Program-made: the position numbers and the translations under genes
In this document: positions 10,005 through 18,939 of the stretch, in pieces
How positions within the stretch are numbered: the first letter of the stretch is position 1
Layout of the letters: every line of letters starts with the position of its first letter
Notes under the pieces: generated by a model
The model's database searches: none
The model's input: the letters and a program-made list of their open reading frames with translations, nothing else
Told to the model about the DNA's origin: nothing
Origin: Nitrospirota bacterium
GTDB lineage: Bacteria > Nitrospirota > JACRHL01
Assembly: GCA_016212085.1 (NCBI GenBank)
Contig: JACRHL010000018.1
Span: 7,487 to 71,486 of the forward strand
DNA: 64,000 nt
Direction of reading: 5' to 3'

Positions 10005-10362
10005 CGGTTGCGGCACCCAGGGGGTGCCGCTGGCCAAGGTGAGTCTGGGCCGTGATTTCTTTGGCGGCGTCTACGACCGGCTGACCCCCGCCTTGGACAC
10101 GGCGCCGGCCTGGTACTGCCCGGCCTGTTCCCAGGTGAAGCGCATGCAGGTGGATTTCCGCCTGATCCGGAACGCCTGGCGCGACCAGCGCGGCGGCGCC
10201 CCGTCGCCCCTGGACGACCCCGCCGCCTGCCGGCACGCCCTCGACCGCCTGTGCGACATCGCGGCGCGGCTCGACAGGACGGGCCCGCGCGCGGACACGC
10301 TGCTCGGCGCCGGAGAGGTGGCCGCATTGGTGAAGGAGATGAACGGCATCGCCGGCTGCTGA
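9988..10362 (+). CDS. Hypothetical protein with CxxC...CxxC (putative Zn-binding)
   Basis: CDGC...WYCPAC; GGAGG at 9974-9978 upstream of ATG 9988. Confidence 0.7.
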   Translation: MAVGCDGCGTQGVPLAKVSLGRDFFGGVYDRLTPALDTAPAWYCPACSQVKRMQVDFRLIRNAWRDQRGGAPSPLDDPAACRHALDRLCDIAARLDRTGPRADTLLGAGEVAALVKEMNGIAGC

Positions 10363-10400
10363 GCGCCCTTGCCGCCTCGTGTTCCGGCGCCGCCCTTGCC

Positions 10401-12161
10401 TCAGGAGCGGTTCACCAGCCGCAGGTGCTCGATGCTCACCCCGAGCTGGTTGAGGATCGACGTGATCAGGGCGCGCTCGGTGGTGGTGTAGCTGCGCGGC
10501 TGGCGCGACAGCAGGTGCAGCATGCCCACCATGCGGTCCTTGACCATGACCGGCATCACCGCCACGCCCTTGAAGGTCAGGTCCTTTTCCAGCAGGTTGA
10601 AGCGCGGGTTGACTGTGATGTCGTCGAGCTGGATGGCCAGGTTGCGGTCCTGGACGTAGGCCTCCAGCGTGTCCATCGCGCTGCGGCAGGCGCTTGCCTC
10701 GAGCGCCCCCTTGGGCGCCATGTACAGGGTGGGGGCGCCCTTTTCCTGGTACACGGTGAGGCCGATGGCGTTGACGTGCAGCGTCACCAGGATCTTGTTC
10801 AGCGCATCGCCGAAGCCCTCGCTGTTGTGCGCCGCCTCGTTGAGGCTGGACACGATGGTGTAGAGGGTGAACAGCTCGCGGTTCTTCACCTCCAGCTCGC
10901 GGGTGCGCTCGACGATCTTGGCCTCCAGGCCGGAGTACGAGGCGTTGAGCTTTTCGCTCATGTGGTTGAAGGCCTGGGCAAGCTCCTCGATCTCGTCGCC
11001 GGTCTGGATCTCGATCTTGTGGTCCAGATCGCCGGCGGAGACCCGCTCCACGCTGTCGCGCAGCATGTTGATGGGGCGGATCACCCGGCGTGCCGCCACG
11101 AAACCCAGCACAGCCACCACCAGGGAGCCGAGCAGCCCCGCCAGCGCCACCCACTTGAGCAGGCCGTAGATGGGGGCGAAGGCCGCCTTGGGGTCCTGGC
11201 TGGTGAGGATGTACCAGTGCTTGCCGCCGAAGTTGGTCGCGCCGGCCTTGAACGTGACCGGCACGGGCGCGAAGCCGTTGATGGCGACGCGGCCCGGATA
11301 GTGCACGTCCTCCTCGCTGCTCACCCAGCCCGGCACGTCGCGCAGGGCCAGCTCCTGAAGCCCCTTGCCCAGGGAGTGGCGCTTGATGGGCAGGATCGGG
11401 CAGAAGATGATCTCGCCGTCGGAGCTGACCAGCATGGTGTGATCGGTGTTGGCCACCCGCACATCGGTGACGAGCCTGAAGAACTGGGGGGCGTTGTACA
11501 GGGTGTAGAGCACGCCGGCCACTTCGCCGTGGCCCTTCAGCACCGGGTAGGCGATGGGGAAGATATAGGCGTTCTCCTCCTCGGAAAAGGTGATGTCGCC
11601 CAGGTACGGCTGGCCGCTCTGCATGACCGTGCGCCGCCACTCCTGGTCCGAGAAGTCGAAATGGCGCGGCTTCTTGGTGGCGGCCACCACGGCGCCGTGA
11701 CCGTCCACCACCAGGATCTGCAGGTGGGCCATGTGGTTCTGGTCGATCTGGCTGTCGAAGCTGCGCAGGTAGGCGGTGCCCTCGTTGGTGAGCAGGGCGT
11801 GCAGGTAGGCCCCCACCCCCTGGTCCTTGGCCCAGCGCGATTCGACGGCGGCGAGCTGACGGGCGATTTCCTGTTCGGTGCTGCCCTCGTAGGAGGCGTT
11901 CGACTCGCCCACGACGCGCACGATGTCCGACGACAGGGTGAGGGTGCGGGCCGTGTGCAGGTGGGCGTTGATCTCCTTCTCGACGTTGTCGGCGGTGACC
12001 ACGGCCAGTTCCTGGAAGGTGGCGCCGATGGTCTCTTCCATGGAGGCGCGACCGAAGAAGTAGACCATGGCCAGCCCCAACGCCACCGACGCCATGCCGA
12101 TCAGCACGATGACCGCGACAACGCGCTGCTGAAATCCGGTCTTGCGGATGATCCGGTTCAC
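10401..12161 (-). CDS. Membrane sensor protein, TM-Cache-TM-HAMP-GAF, with no output domain
   Basis: Two TM segments flanking a periplasmic Cache-like region (DFSDQEWR...PYLGDI...IAYPV); HAMP (RPINML...GDEIEELAQAFNHM); GAF-like (VMPVMVKDRMVGMLHL...YTTTE..L); stop follows directly. Confidence 0.8.
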   Translation of the reverse strand: MNRIIRKTGFQQRVVAVIVLIGMASVALGLAMVYFFGRASMEETIGATFQELAVVTADNVEKEINAHLHTARTLTLSSDIVRVVGESNASYEGSTEQEIARQLAAVESRWAKDQGVGAYLHALLTNEGTAYLRSFDSQIDQNHMAHLQILVVDGHGAVVAATKKPRHFDFSDQEWRRTVMQSGQPYLGDITFSEEENAYIFPIAYPVLKGHGEVAGVLYTLYNAPQFFRLVTDVRVANTDHTMLVSSDGEIIFCPILPIKRHSLGKGLQELALRDVPGWVSSEEDVHYPGRVAINGFAPVPVTFKAGATNFGGKHWYILTSQDPKAAFAPIYGLLKWVALAGLLGSLVVAVLGFVAARRVIRPINMLRDSVERVSAGDLDHKIEIQTGDEIEELAQAFNHMSEKLNASYSGLEAKIVERTRELEVKNRELFTLYTIVSSLNEAAHNSEGFGDALNKILVTLHVNAIGLTVYQEKGAPTLYMAPKGALEASACRSAMDTLEAYVQDRNLAIQLDDITVNPRFNLLEKDLTFKGVAVMPVMVKDRMVGMLHLLSRQPRSYTTTERALITSILNQLGVSIEHLRLVNRS

Positions 12162-12200
12162 CGTCGGTATCCTAAAACTCCGTGTGGGGGCGCGCCGGCG

Positions 12201-13019
12201 TCAGCGGAGGGCGGCGGCGCCCTGCTGCATCATGCGCTCGGTGAACAGCGACTCCTTCAAGCCCTGGTTCACCTGGATGTCGGTCAGGTTCAGCGTGGTT
12301 TGCGATCCGGTCTGCATGTTGGCGATCACCACCTTCTGCCAGACCCATGCGTCCTTGATCATCTTCCACGAGATGGTCTGCTTCTTGAGCAGCTTGCCCT
12401 CCCGGTCGTAGTAGTCGATCTTGTCGATCAGGAAGTTGCTGGAGGAGATCCAGCGGATCACCTTGCTGTACGGGTAGGCCTTGTCGTCCACCTTCGGCGC
12501 CGACTCGACCACGTAGTAGTTTTCGGTGCCGATGGCCTCCTCGCGCAGCAGCGTGTGGCTGTCCAGGGATGGGTCGCGCGGGTCCATGTCGGAGGCGCGC
12601 AGGTCGGAGCCCTGGATGTTTTCCTCCATCTGGCCCGGCAGCTTGTTCACCTTGCGCAGGATGGGGATGTAGATCCACTGCTCGGAACCCAGCTTGCTGG
12701 CCTCGGTGTAGGTCCAGACCATGAACGCGGTGCCCCGGCTCTCCGGGGGGTATTCGTGGAACAGCAGCACCTTGGAGGTGAGGTCGCCATCCGGGTACAT
12801 CTTCCAGAAGCGCTTCAGCACCACCTTGCGGGTGTTGCCGTCGCCGTCCTTGATGAGCAGGGTCAGCTTGGACTGCTGATCCTGCCCGGGGTTGATCTCC
12901 TGCGACTGGGTGAACACCTCGGCGGCGGTCAGCGCGTGGGCGGCGGGCACCACCAGCATGGCACAGGCGGCGAACGTGAACAGGAACAGCAGGGCGGGGC
13001 CAAGGGTCCGGTTGAACAT
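12201..13019 (-). CDS. Outer membrane lipoprotein-sorting protein (LolA-like fold), exported
   Basis: Signal peptide ending AHA-L; PPESRGTAF..W, QWIYIP.LRKV, GSDL...D and KIDYYDREGKLLK motifs typical of the LolA-like family. Confidence 0.8.
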   Translation of the reverse strand: MFNRTLGPALLFLFTFAACAMLVVPAAHALTAAEVFTQSQEINPGQDQQSKLTLLIKDGDGNTRKVVLKRFWKMYPDGDLTSKVLLFHEYPPESRGTAFMVWTYTEASKLGSEQWIYIPILRKVNKLPGQMEENIQGSDLRASDMDPRDPSLDSHTLLREEAIGTENYYVVESAPKVDDKAYPYSKVIRWISSSNFLIDKIDYYDREGKLLKKQTISWKMIKDAWVWQKVVIANMQTGSQTTLNLTDIQVNQGLKESLFTERMMQQGAAALR

Positions 13020-13152
13020 GCCGGTGGTCAGGCTTCGGGGGGCGTGCACGGTGGTTCGGTTCCCTTGCGTCGTGAGGGGGTCGGGTTGCATCGGCGGGCC
13101 GTGGCGGAGCGCGGCCACGCGGCGGCCCTTCCGATGGTCCGTTAAACTGGGA

Positions 13153-13181
13153 ATCGTAGGGGTGGTGCGGCTTGCTGTCAA
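13153..13181 (-). promoter_or_regulatory. Sigma70-type promoter for the LolA-like/sensor operon
   Basis: Minus strand TTGACA (13181-13176), 17-nt spacer, TACGAT (13158-13153). Confidence 0.65.
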
Positions 13182-13204
13182 GCGCGCGGGGCGTTGCCGG
13201 CCCC

Positions 13205-13233
13205 TTGCGGAGACGCCGGGTTTCTGCTACATT
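13205..13233 (+). promoter_or_regulatory. Sigma70-type promoter of rpsB
   Basis: TTGCGG, 17-nt spacer, TGcTACATT (extended -10). Confidence 0.55.
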
Positions 13234-13239
13234 TCCCGG

Positions 13240-13378
13240 TCTTTGCAAGCGCCCACCCGGCGGCCGGTGTCCACCGTCCGTCCGGGGGGATTAACGACAC
13301 ACGGTGGCGCCCGAGTGGGAACCGCCGGAGGAACAACCCGCATCATGCCGGCCCGCGGGTGCCAATGGAGATTTGACA
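13240..13378 (+). promoter_or_regulatory. Putative rpsB (S2) leader / autoregulatory 5' UTR
   Basis: Long leader with ACACAC (13297-13302) and complementary GGCGCCCG / CGGGTGCC segments ahead of the GGAG RBS, reminiscent of rpsB leaders. Confidence 0.45.
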
Positions 13379-14104
13379 ATGGCGAAGGTAGAGATCAAGG
13401 AGCTGCTCGAGGCGGGGGTCCATTTCGGCCACCAGGCGCGCCGCTGGAACCCCAAGATGGGCAAGTACATCCTGGCCAAGAAGAACGACATTCACCTCAT
13501 CGATCTGCGCAAGACGGTCAGCTGTTTCGACACCGCCGCCCAGGCCGTGGCGCTGGTGGGCCAGCGCCGGGGCCGCGTGCTGTTCGTCGGCACCAAGAAG
13601 CAGGCGCAGGATATCATCTCCGAGGAAGCCCGCCGCTGCGGCCAGTACTTCGTGAACCGCCGCTGGCTGGGTGGCCAGCTCACCAACTTCAAGACCATCA
13701 AGGGCCGCATCGCCAAGCTCAAGGAGCTGGAGGCCGCCAAGGCGGACGGCACCTACGAGCGCTTCTCCAAGAAGGAGGTCTCCATCATGGAGAAGGAGCG
13801 CGGGAAGCTCGAGGCGTCGCTGGGCGGCATCAAGGACATGGGCGTGTTGCCCGACCTGATGTTCGTGATCGACCCGAAGCGCGAGCGCATCGCCGTGGCC
13901 GAGGCCAACCAGCTTGGCATTCCGGTGATCGCCGTCACCGACAGCAACTGCGATCCGGATGTGATCAATCTCCCCATTCCGGGCAACGATGACGCCGTGC
14001 GCGCCATCCGCCTGCTCACCTCGCGCATCGCCGACGCGGTCCTCGAGGGCCAGGGCGCGGGCGCCCAGCCGGCCGCCGCGCTGGCGGCCGAGTCCGAGGG
14101 TTGA
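13379..14104 (+). CDS. rpsB: 30S ribosomal protein S2
   Basis: [27 protein letters not shown] and [11 protein letters not shown] motifs. Confidence 0.98.
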   Translation: MAKVEIKELLEAGVHFGHQARRWNPKMGKYILAKKNDIHLIDLRKTVSCFDTAAQAVALVGQRRGRVLFVGTKKQAQDIISEEARRCGQYFVNRRWLGGQLTNFKTIKGRIAKLKELEAAKADGTYERFSKKEVSIMEKERGKLEASLGGIKDMGVLPDLMFVIDPKRERIAVAEANQLGIPVIAVTDSNCDPDVINLPIPGNDDAVRAIRLLTSRIADAVLEGQGAGAQPAAALAAESEG

Positions 14105-14106
14105 TC

Positions 14107-14182
14107 CAAGACGGGCGGGCGCCCGGCCGGGGCGCCCGCCCGTCTTGTTCGAGTCTCCGCAGCCCCGCGCGGGCATTTTTTT
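14107..14182 (+). terminator. Intergenic hairpins between rpsB and tsf (stabiliser or attenuator)
   Basis: Perfect 18-bp inverted repeat 14107-14124 / 14130-14147; a second short hairpin GCCC-CGCGC-GGGC followed by A and a T7 run. Confidence 0.55.
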
Positions 14183-14206
14183 GGAACCAAGATTAAGAAG
14201 GCGATC

Positions 14207-14815
14207 ATGGCGACGATTACTGCAGGCATGGTGAAGGAACTGCGCGAGCGCACCGGCACGGGCATGATGGAGTGCAAGTCCGCCCTCGCCGAAACCAACG
14301 GCGACATGGAGCAGGCCATCGACCTGCTGCGCAAGAAGGGCATGGCCAAGGCCGCCAAGAAGGCGGGTCGCGAGACCAGCGAGGGGGGCATCGGCACCTA
14401 CGTGCACGCCGGCGGCAAGATCGGCGTGATGATCGAGGTGAGCTGCGAGACCGACTTCGTCGCCAAGACCGACGAGTTCCAGGCCCTGCTGCGCGACATC
14501 GCCATGCACATCGCCGGCGCCAACCCGGTGCCGCAGGTGGTGTCGCGCGGGGATCTGGGCGAGGACGTGATCGCCCGCGAGCGCGAGGTGTACGCCGTCC
14601 AGGCCGCCGAGTCCGGCAAGCCGGCCAACATCGTCGAGAAGATGGTGGAGGGGCGCATCAACAAGTTCGTGGCCGAGGTGTCGCTGCTGGAGCAGCCGTT
14701 CGTGAAGGACCCGGAGATCACCGTGGGCGAGCTGATGACCCGCCAGGTGGCGAAGCTGGGCGAGAACATGGCCATTCGCCGCTTCGTGCGTTACCAGCTC
14801 GGGGAAGGCGCTTAA
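14207..14815 (+). CDS. tsf: Elongation factor Ts (short form, 202 aa)
   Basis: VKELRERTG.GMMECK, CETDFVA and RRFVRYQLGE motifs. Confidence 0.98.
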   Translation: MATITAGMVKELRERTGTGMMECKSALAETNGDMEQAIDLLRKKGMAKAAKKAGRETSEGGIGTYVHAGGKIGVMIEVSCETDFVAKTDEFQALLRDIAMHIAGANPVPQVVSRGDLGEDVIAREREVYAVQAAESGKPANIVEKMVEGRINKFVAEVSLLEQPFVKDPEITVGELMTRQVAKLGENMAIRRFVRYQLGEGA

Positions 14816-14821
14816 GGCCCC

Positions 14822-15535
14822 GTGTCGGAACTCCGCTTCAAGCGCGTGCTGCTCAAGCTGTCCGGCGAGATGCTCGCCGGCGGCCAGGGGTTTGGCATCC
14901 AGCCGGCCATGGTCGACGAGATCGCCGGCCAGATCGAGGCGGTGCACGACCTGGGGGTGGAGGTCGCGGTGGTGATCGGCGGGGGCAACATCTTCCGCGG
15001 CATCTCCGACGAGGCGTCGGGCATGGAGCGCGCCAGCGCCGACTACATGGGCATGCTGGCCACGGTGCTGAACGCCCTGGCCCTGCAGAACCGCCTGGAG
15101 CAGCGCGGCGTGTACACCCGCGTGCTGTCGGCCATCGAGATGATGGAGCTGGCCGAGCCCTACATCCGCCGCAAGGCCATCCGCCACCTGGAAAAGGGGC
15201 GCGTGGTCATCTTCGCGGCGGGCACCGGCAACCCCTACTTTTCCACCGACACCGCCGCGGCGCTGCGCGCCATGGAGGTTCACGCCGACATCATCCTGAA
15301 GGGGACCAAGGTGGACGGCATCTACGACAAGGATCCCGAGCACCACCCGGACGCCCTCAAGTTCGAGGATCTGTCCTATTTCCAGGTGCTGGAAAAGGGA
15401 TTGAAGGTGATGGATTCCACCGCCATCACCCTGTGCATGGACAACAAGCTGCCGATCATCGTCTTTTCCCTGCACGAGAAGGAGAACATCGTGCGTCTGC
15501 TGAAGGGCGAGAAGATCGGCACGCTGGTGCATTAG
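14822..15535 (+). CDS. pyrH: UMP kinase
   Basis: [15 protein letters not shown] and [13 protein letters not shown] motifs. Confidence 0.98.
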   Translation: MSELRFKRVLLKLSGEMLAGGQGFGIQPAMVDEIAGQIEAVHDLGVEVAVVIGGGNIFRGISDEASGMERASADYMGMLATVLNALALQNRLEQRGVYTRVLSAIEMMELAEPYIRRKAIRHLEKGRVVIFAAGTGNPYFSTDTAAALRAMEVHADIILKGTKVDGIYDKDPEHHPDALKFEDLSYFQVLEKGLKVMDSTAITLCMDNKLPIIVFSLHEKENIVRLLKGEKIGTLVH

Positions 15536-15548
15536 GACGAGAAGACCG

Positions 15549-16103
15549 ATGGACGCGATGCTGAACAAGACCCGCAAGCAGATGGACGCGGCGATCGAGC
15601 ACCTCAAGCGCGAGCTGGCGCGCATCCGCACCGGCCGCGCCTCCACCTCGCTGCTGGACGACCTCATGGTCGACTATTACGGCACCCCCACGCCGGTGGC
15701 CCAGGTGGCCACCCTGTCGGTGCCGGAGCCGCGCCTGATCACCATCAACCCGTGGGAGGGCAAGATGGTGGCGGCCATCGAGCGCGCCATCATGATCTCC
15801 GACCTGGGGCTCACCCCCTCCAACGACGGCAAGATGATCCGCCTGCCCATCCCGCCGCTCACCGAGGAACGCCGCAAGGAGTTCGTCAAGCAGGCCCACA
15901 AGGTGGGCGAGGAGGCCCGCGTCAGCATCCGCAACGCCCGCCGCGACGCGGTGGACGCCTTCAAGCGCATGCAGAAGGACGGCGACATCGCCGAGGACGA
16001 CAGCAAGCGCTCCCAGGAGCAGGTGCAGAAGCTCACCGACGACTACGGCCGGCACGTCGACGAGATCCTGAAGCGCAAGGATCATGAGATCATGGAAATC
16101 TAG
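15549..16103 (+). CDS. frr: Ribosome recycling factor
   Basis: IRTGRA, YYGTPTP and PPLTEERRK motifs. Confidence 0.98.
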   Translation: MDAMLNKTRKQMDAAIEHLKRELARIRTGRASTSLLDDLMVDYYGTPTPVAQVATLSVPEPRLITINPWEGKMVAAIERAIMISDLGLTPSNDGKMIRLPIPPLTEERRKEFVKQAHKVGEEARVSIRNARRDAVDAFKRMQKDGDIAEDDSKRSQEQVQKLTDDYGRHVDEILKRKDHEIMEI

Positions 16104-16181
16104 ACCGGGGGCCGGGCCCGCCGGTCCGGCCACGCCGCGCGACCCGCCCCCCGGGCGCCGAGGAGGCTCCACCCGAACCCC

Positions 16182-17309
16182 ATGCGCCCCACCTCCCTCG
16201 ACATCGACCTTGCCGCCCTGCGGCACAACTTCCGCCAGGCCAAGGCCCTGGCCGGCGGCCGCGAGCTGCTGTGCGTGGTGAAGGCCAACGCCTATGGCCA
16301 CGGCCTGGTGCCCGTCAGCCGCGCCCTCGCGGCGGAGGGGGGCGGGTGGCTGGGGGTGGCCACGGTGGCCGAGGGCATCACCCTGCGCGAGGCGGGGATC
16401 GGCCTGCCGGTGCTGCTGATGGGCGGGTTCTTGGGGGACGAGGCGGCGGACGTGGTGCGCCACCGGCTCACCCCGGCCCTGTTCACCCCGGAGTTGATCG
16501 CCCCCCTCTCCCAGGCGGCGCTGGCCGCCGGTATCACCCTGGGGGTGCACGTGAAGGTGGACACGGGCATGGGGCGCATCGGTTTTTCCGCCGGGGACGC
16601 CGCCAAGGCGATCCTGGACATCATGGCGGCGCCGGGCCTGAAGGTGGACGGGGTGTTCACCCACTTCGCCGAGGCGGACCTGGCGGATTCGCCCGCGGCG
16701 CTGGAGCAGCTCGACCTGCTCTTGGCCGTGTACCGCGCCCTGGGTGGCGCGGCCAGCGGCGTGCCCACCTGGCATGCGGCCAACAGCGCCGCGCTGATGC
16801 GCCGCCTGGGCCGGACCGACGGCCCGGCCCCCGGCCTGTTCCGGCCCGGCATCATGCTCTACGGGGAGGCGCCGGGCGATGGCCTTGGCGCCCCGGTGCC
16901 GCTCCGCCCCGTGGCCACCTGGCGCGCGCGGCTGATCCAGGTGAAGTCGGTGCCGGCGGGCACGGCGATCTCCTACGGCCGCACCTTCGTCACCACCCGG
17001 CCGAGCCGCATCGCCACCCTGCCGGTGGGCTATGCGGACGGCTTCCGGCGCGCCCTGTCCAACAACGGCAGCGTGCTCATCCGCGGCCACCACGCGCCGG
17101 TGGTGGGAAGGGTGTGCATGGACATGACGATGGTGGACGTGACCGACCTGCCGGACGACGTGGGGGTGGGGGAGGCCGCGGTGCTGATCGGCCGCCAGGG
17201 GGAGCGGACGATCACGGCGACCGATCTGGCGGGCGCCTGCGGCACCATCGCCTATGATATTCTGTGCGGAATTTCCGAGCGGGTGCCGCGCGTTTACGTT
17301 GGCGCCTGA
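16182..17309 (+). CDS. alr: Alanine racemase
   Basis: VVKANAYGHG (PLP lysine), KVDTGMGRIG, GYADG and GRVCMD motifs. Confidence 0.96.
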   Translation: MRPTSLDIDLAALRHNFRQAKALAGGRELLCVVKANAYGHGLVPVSRALAAEGGGWLGVATVAEGITLREAGIGLPVLLMGGFLGDEAADVVRHRLTPALFTPELIAPLSQAALAAGITLGVHVKVDTGMGRIGFSAGDAAKAILDIMAAPGLKVDGVFTHFAEADLADSPAALEQLDLLLAVYRALGGAASGVPTWHAANSAALMRRLGRTDGPAPGLFRPGIMLYGEAPGDGLGAPVPLRPVATWRARLIQVKSVPAGTAISYGRTFVTTRPSRIATLPVGYADGFRRALSNNGSVLIRGHHAPVVGRVCMDMTMVDVTDLPDDVGVGEAAVLIGRQGERTITATDLAGACGTIAYDILCGISERVPRVYVGA

Positions 17310-17369
17310 CGGATTCCCGTTCAGCCGCCAAGGTGCCATGACCCGAGCCTTCCCATCCCCCGGCGCGCC

Positions 17370-18173
17370 GTGAGCGACGCCTCGGCCCAGGGCAACCCGC
17401 TGCTCGCCGTGCCCGGCGCCGTGGGCAGGGTGGTGCTGGAGCTGCTCACGGAGGTGGGCTGCATCAGCCGCTACCTGTTCCAGTCCCTGCGCGAGGGGGT
17501 GCGGCCGCCGTACCGCCCGCGCGACATCTTCCGGCAGATGGAGGTGCTGGGCGTGAACTCCATGCCGGTGGTGCTCATCACCGCCGTGTTCACCGGCATG
17601 GTGCTGGCGTTGCAAAGCTACACGGGATTCAAGCGCTTCAATGCGGAGTCGCTGGTGGGCACCGTGGTCGCCCTGTCCATGACCCGCGAGCTGGGGCCGG
17701 TGCTCACCGGCCTCATCACCTCCGGACGCGCCGGCGCGTCCATCGCGGCGGAGCTGGGCACCATGCGCGTGACCGAGCAGATCGACGCCCTCACCACCAT
17801 GGGCGTGAGCGCCGTCAAGTACCTGATGGTGCCGCGCATCATCGCCGGCATCATCATGCTGCCGGTGCTGACCATCTTCGCCGACGTGGTGGGCATCGCC
17901 GGCGGCTACTTCGTGGGGGTGGAGATCCTGGATGCCAACCCCACCGTCTACATCAAGCGCACCTTCGACTACCTGGAGACGCAGGACATCATCAGCGGCC
18001 TGATCAAGGCGTCGGTGTTCGGCGGCCTGATCGCCCTCATCAGCAGCTACAAGGGGTTCACCGCCGACGGCGGCGCCGAGGGGGTGGGCCGCGCCACCAC
18101 CGGCGCGGTGGTGTTGTCGTCCATGGCGGTGCTGATCTCCAACTACTTCCTCACCTCGATCATCACCGGCTGA
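17370..18173 (+). CDS. mlaE: MlaE-family ABC permease
   Basis: RELGPVLTG...GRAGASIAAELGTMRVTEQIDAL signature. Confidence 0.93.
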   Translation: MSDASAQGNPLLAVPGAVGRVVLELLTEVGCISRYLFQSLREGVRPPYRPRDIFRQMEVLGVNSMPVVLITAVFTGMVLALQSYTGFKRFNAESLVGTVVALSMTRELGPVLTGLITSGRAGASIAAELGTMRVTEQIDALTTMGVSAVKYLMVPRIIAGIIMLPVLTIFADVVGIAGGYFVGVEILDANPTVYIKRTFDYLETQDIISGLIKASVFGGLIALISSYKGFTADGGAEGVGRATTGAVVLSSMAVLISNYFLTSIITG

Positions 18174-18183
18174 GCGGGGGACG

Positions 18184-18930
18184 ATGATCGCCATCGAGGG
18201 GCTGCACAAGGGTTTCGGCGCCAAGCAGGTGCTGCGCGGGGTGGACCTGAACATCGAGCGCGGCGAGACCATGGTGATCATCGGCGGCTCGGGCTCCGGC
18301 AAGAGCGTGCTCATCAAGCACATCATCGGCCTGCTGTTCCCGGAACGGGGCAAGGTGCTGATCGACGGCGCCGACCTGTGCGCCATGAACGACGCCGAGC
18401 TGACCGCCGTGCGGCGCCGCTTCGGCATGCTGTTCCAGAGCGCCGCCCTGTTCGATTCCATGAACGTGTGGCAGAACGTGGGTTTCGCCCTCATGCAGCA
18501 CACGGCGCTCAGCCGCGATGAGGTCATGGGCATCGCCGAGGAGCGGCTCAAGTGGGTGGGGCTGACCGACGTGCTGCACCTGATGCCATCCGAGCTTTCG
18601 GGCGGCATGCGCAAGCGCGTGGGGCTGGCCCGCGCCATCGCCATGGACCCGGAGATCGTGCTCTACGACGAGCCCACCACCGGCCTGGACCCCATCATGG
18701 CCGACGTGATCAACCGCCTCATCCGCTCGGTGCAGGAGCGCCTGGGGGTGACCTCGGTGGTCATCACCCACGACATGGTGAGCGCCTACCACGTGGCGGA
18801 CCGCATGGCCATGCTGTACAAGGGCGAGATCATCGAGGTCGGCACGCCGGACGAGATCCGCGGGTCCGCCAACGCCATCGTGCGCCAGTTCATCACCGGC
18901 AGCAGCGAGGGGCCGATCACGGCCCAGTAG
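18184..18930 (+). CDS. mlaF: MlaF-family ABC ATPase
   Basis: GGSGSGKS, LFQSAALFDSMNV, LSGGMRKRV and YDEPTTGLDP motifs. Confidence 0.93.
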   Translation: MIAIEGLHKGFGAKQVLRGVDLNIERGETMVIIGGSGSGKSVLIKHIIGLLFPERGKVLIDGADLCAMNDAELTAVRRRFGMLFQSAALFDSMNVWQNVGFALMQHTALSRDEVMGIAEERLKWVGLTDVLHLMPSELSGGMRKRVGLARAIAMDPEIVLYDEPTTGLDPIMADVINRLIRSVQERLGVTSVVITHDMVSAYHVADRMAMLYKGEIIEVGTPDEIRGSANAIVRQFITGSSEGPITAQ

Positions 18931-18939
18931 AGGGGAGAG

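Noticed and set aside
14207..14815. Short EF-Ts as a possible truncation
   Set aside because: The ~200-aa form is a known natural type, and both terminal motifs are intact.
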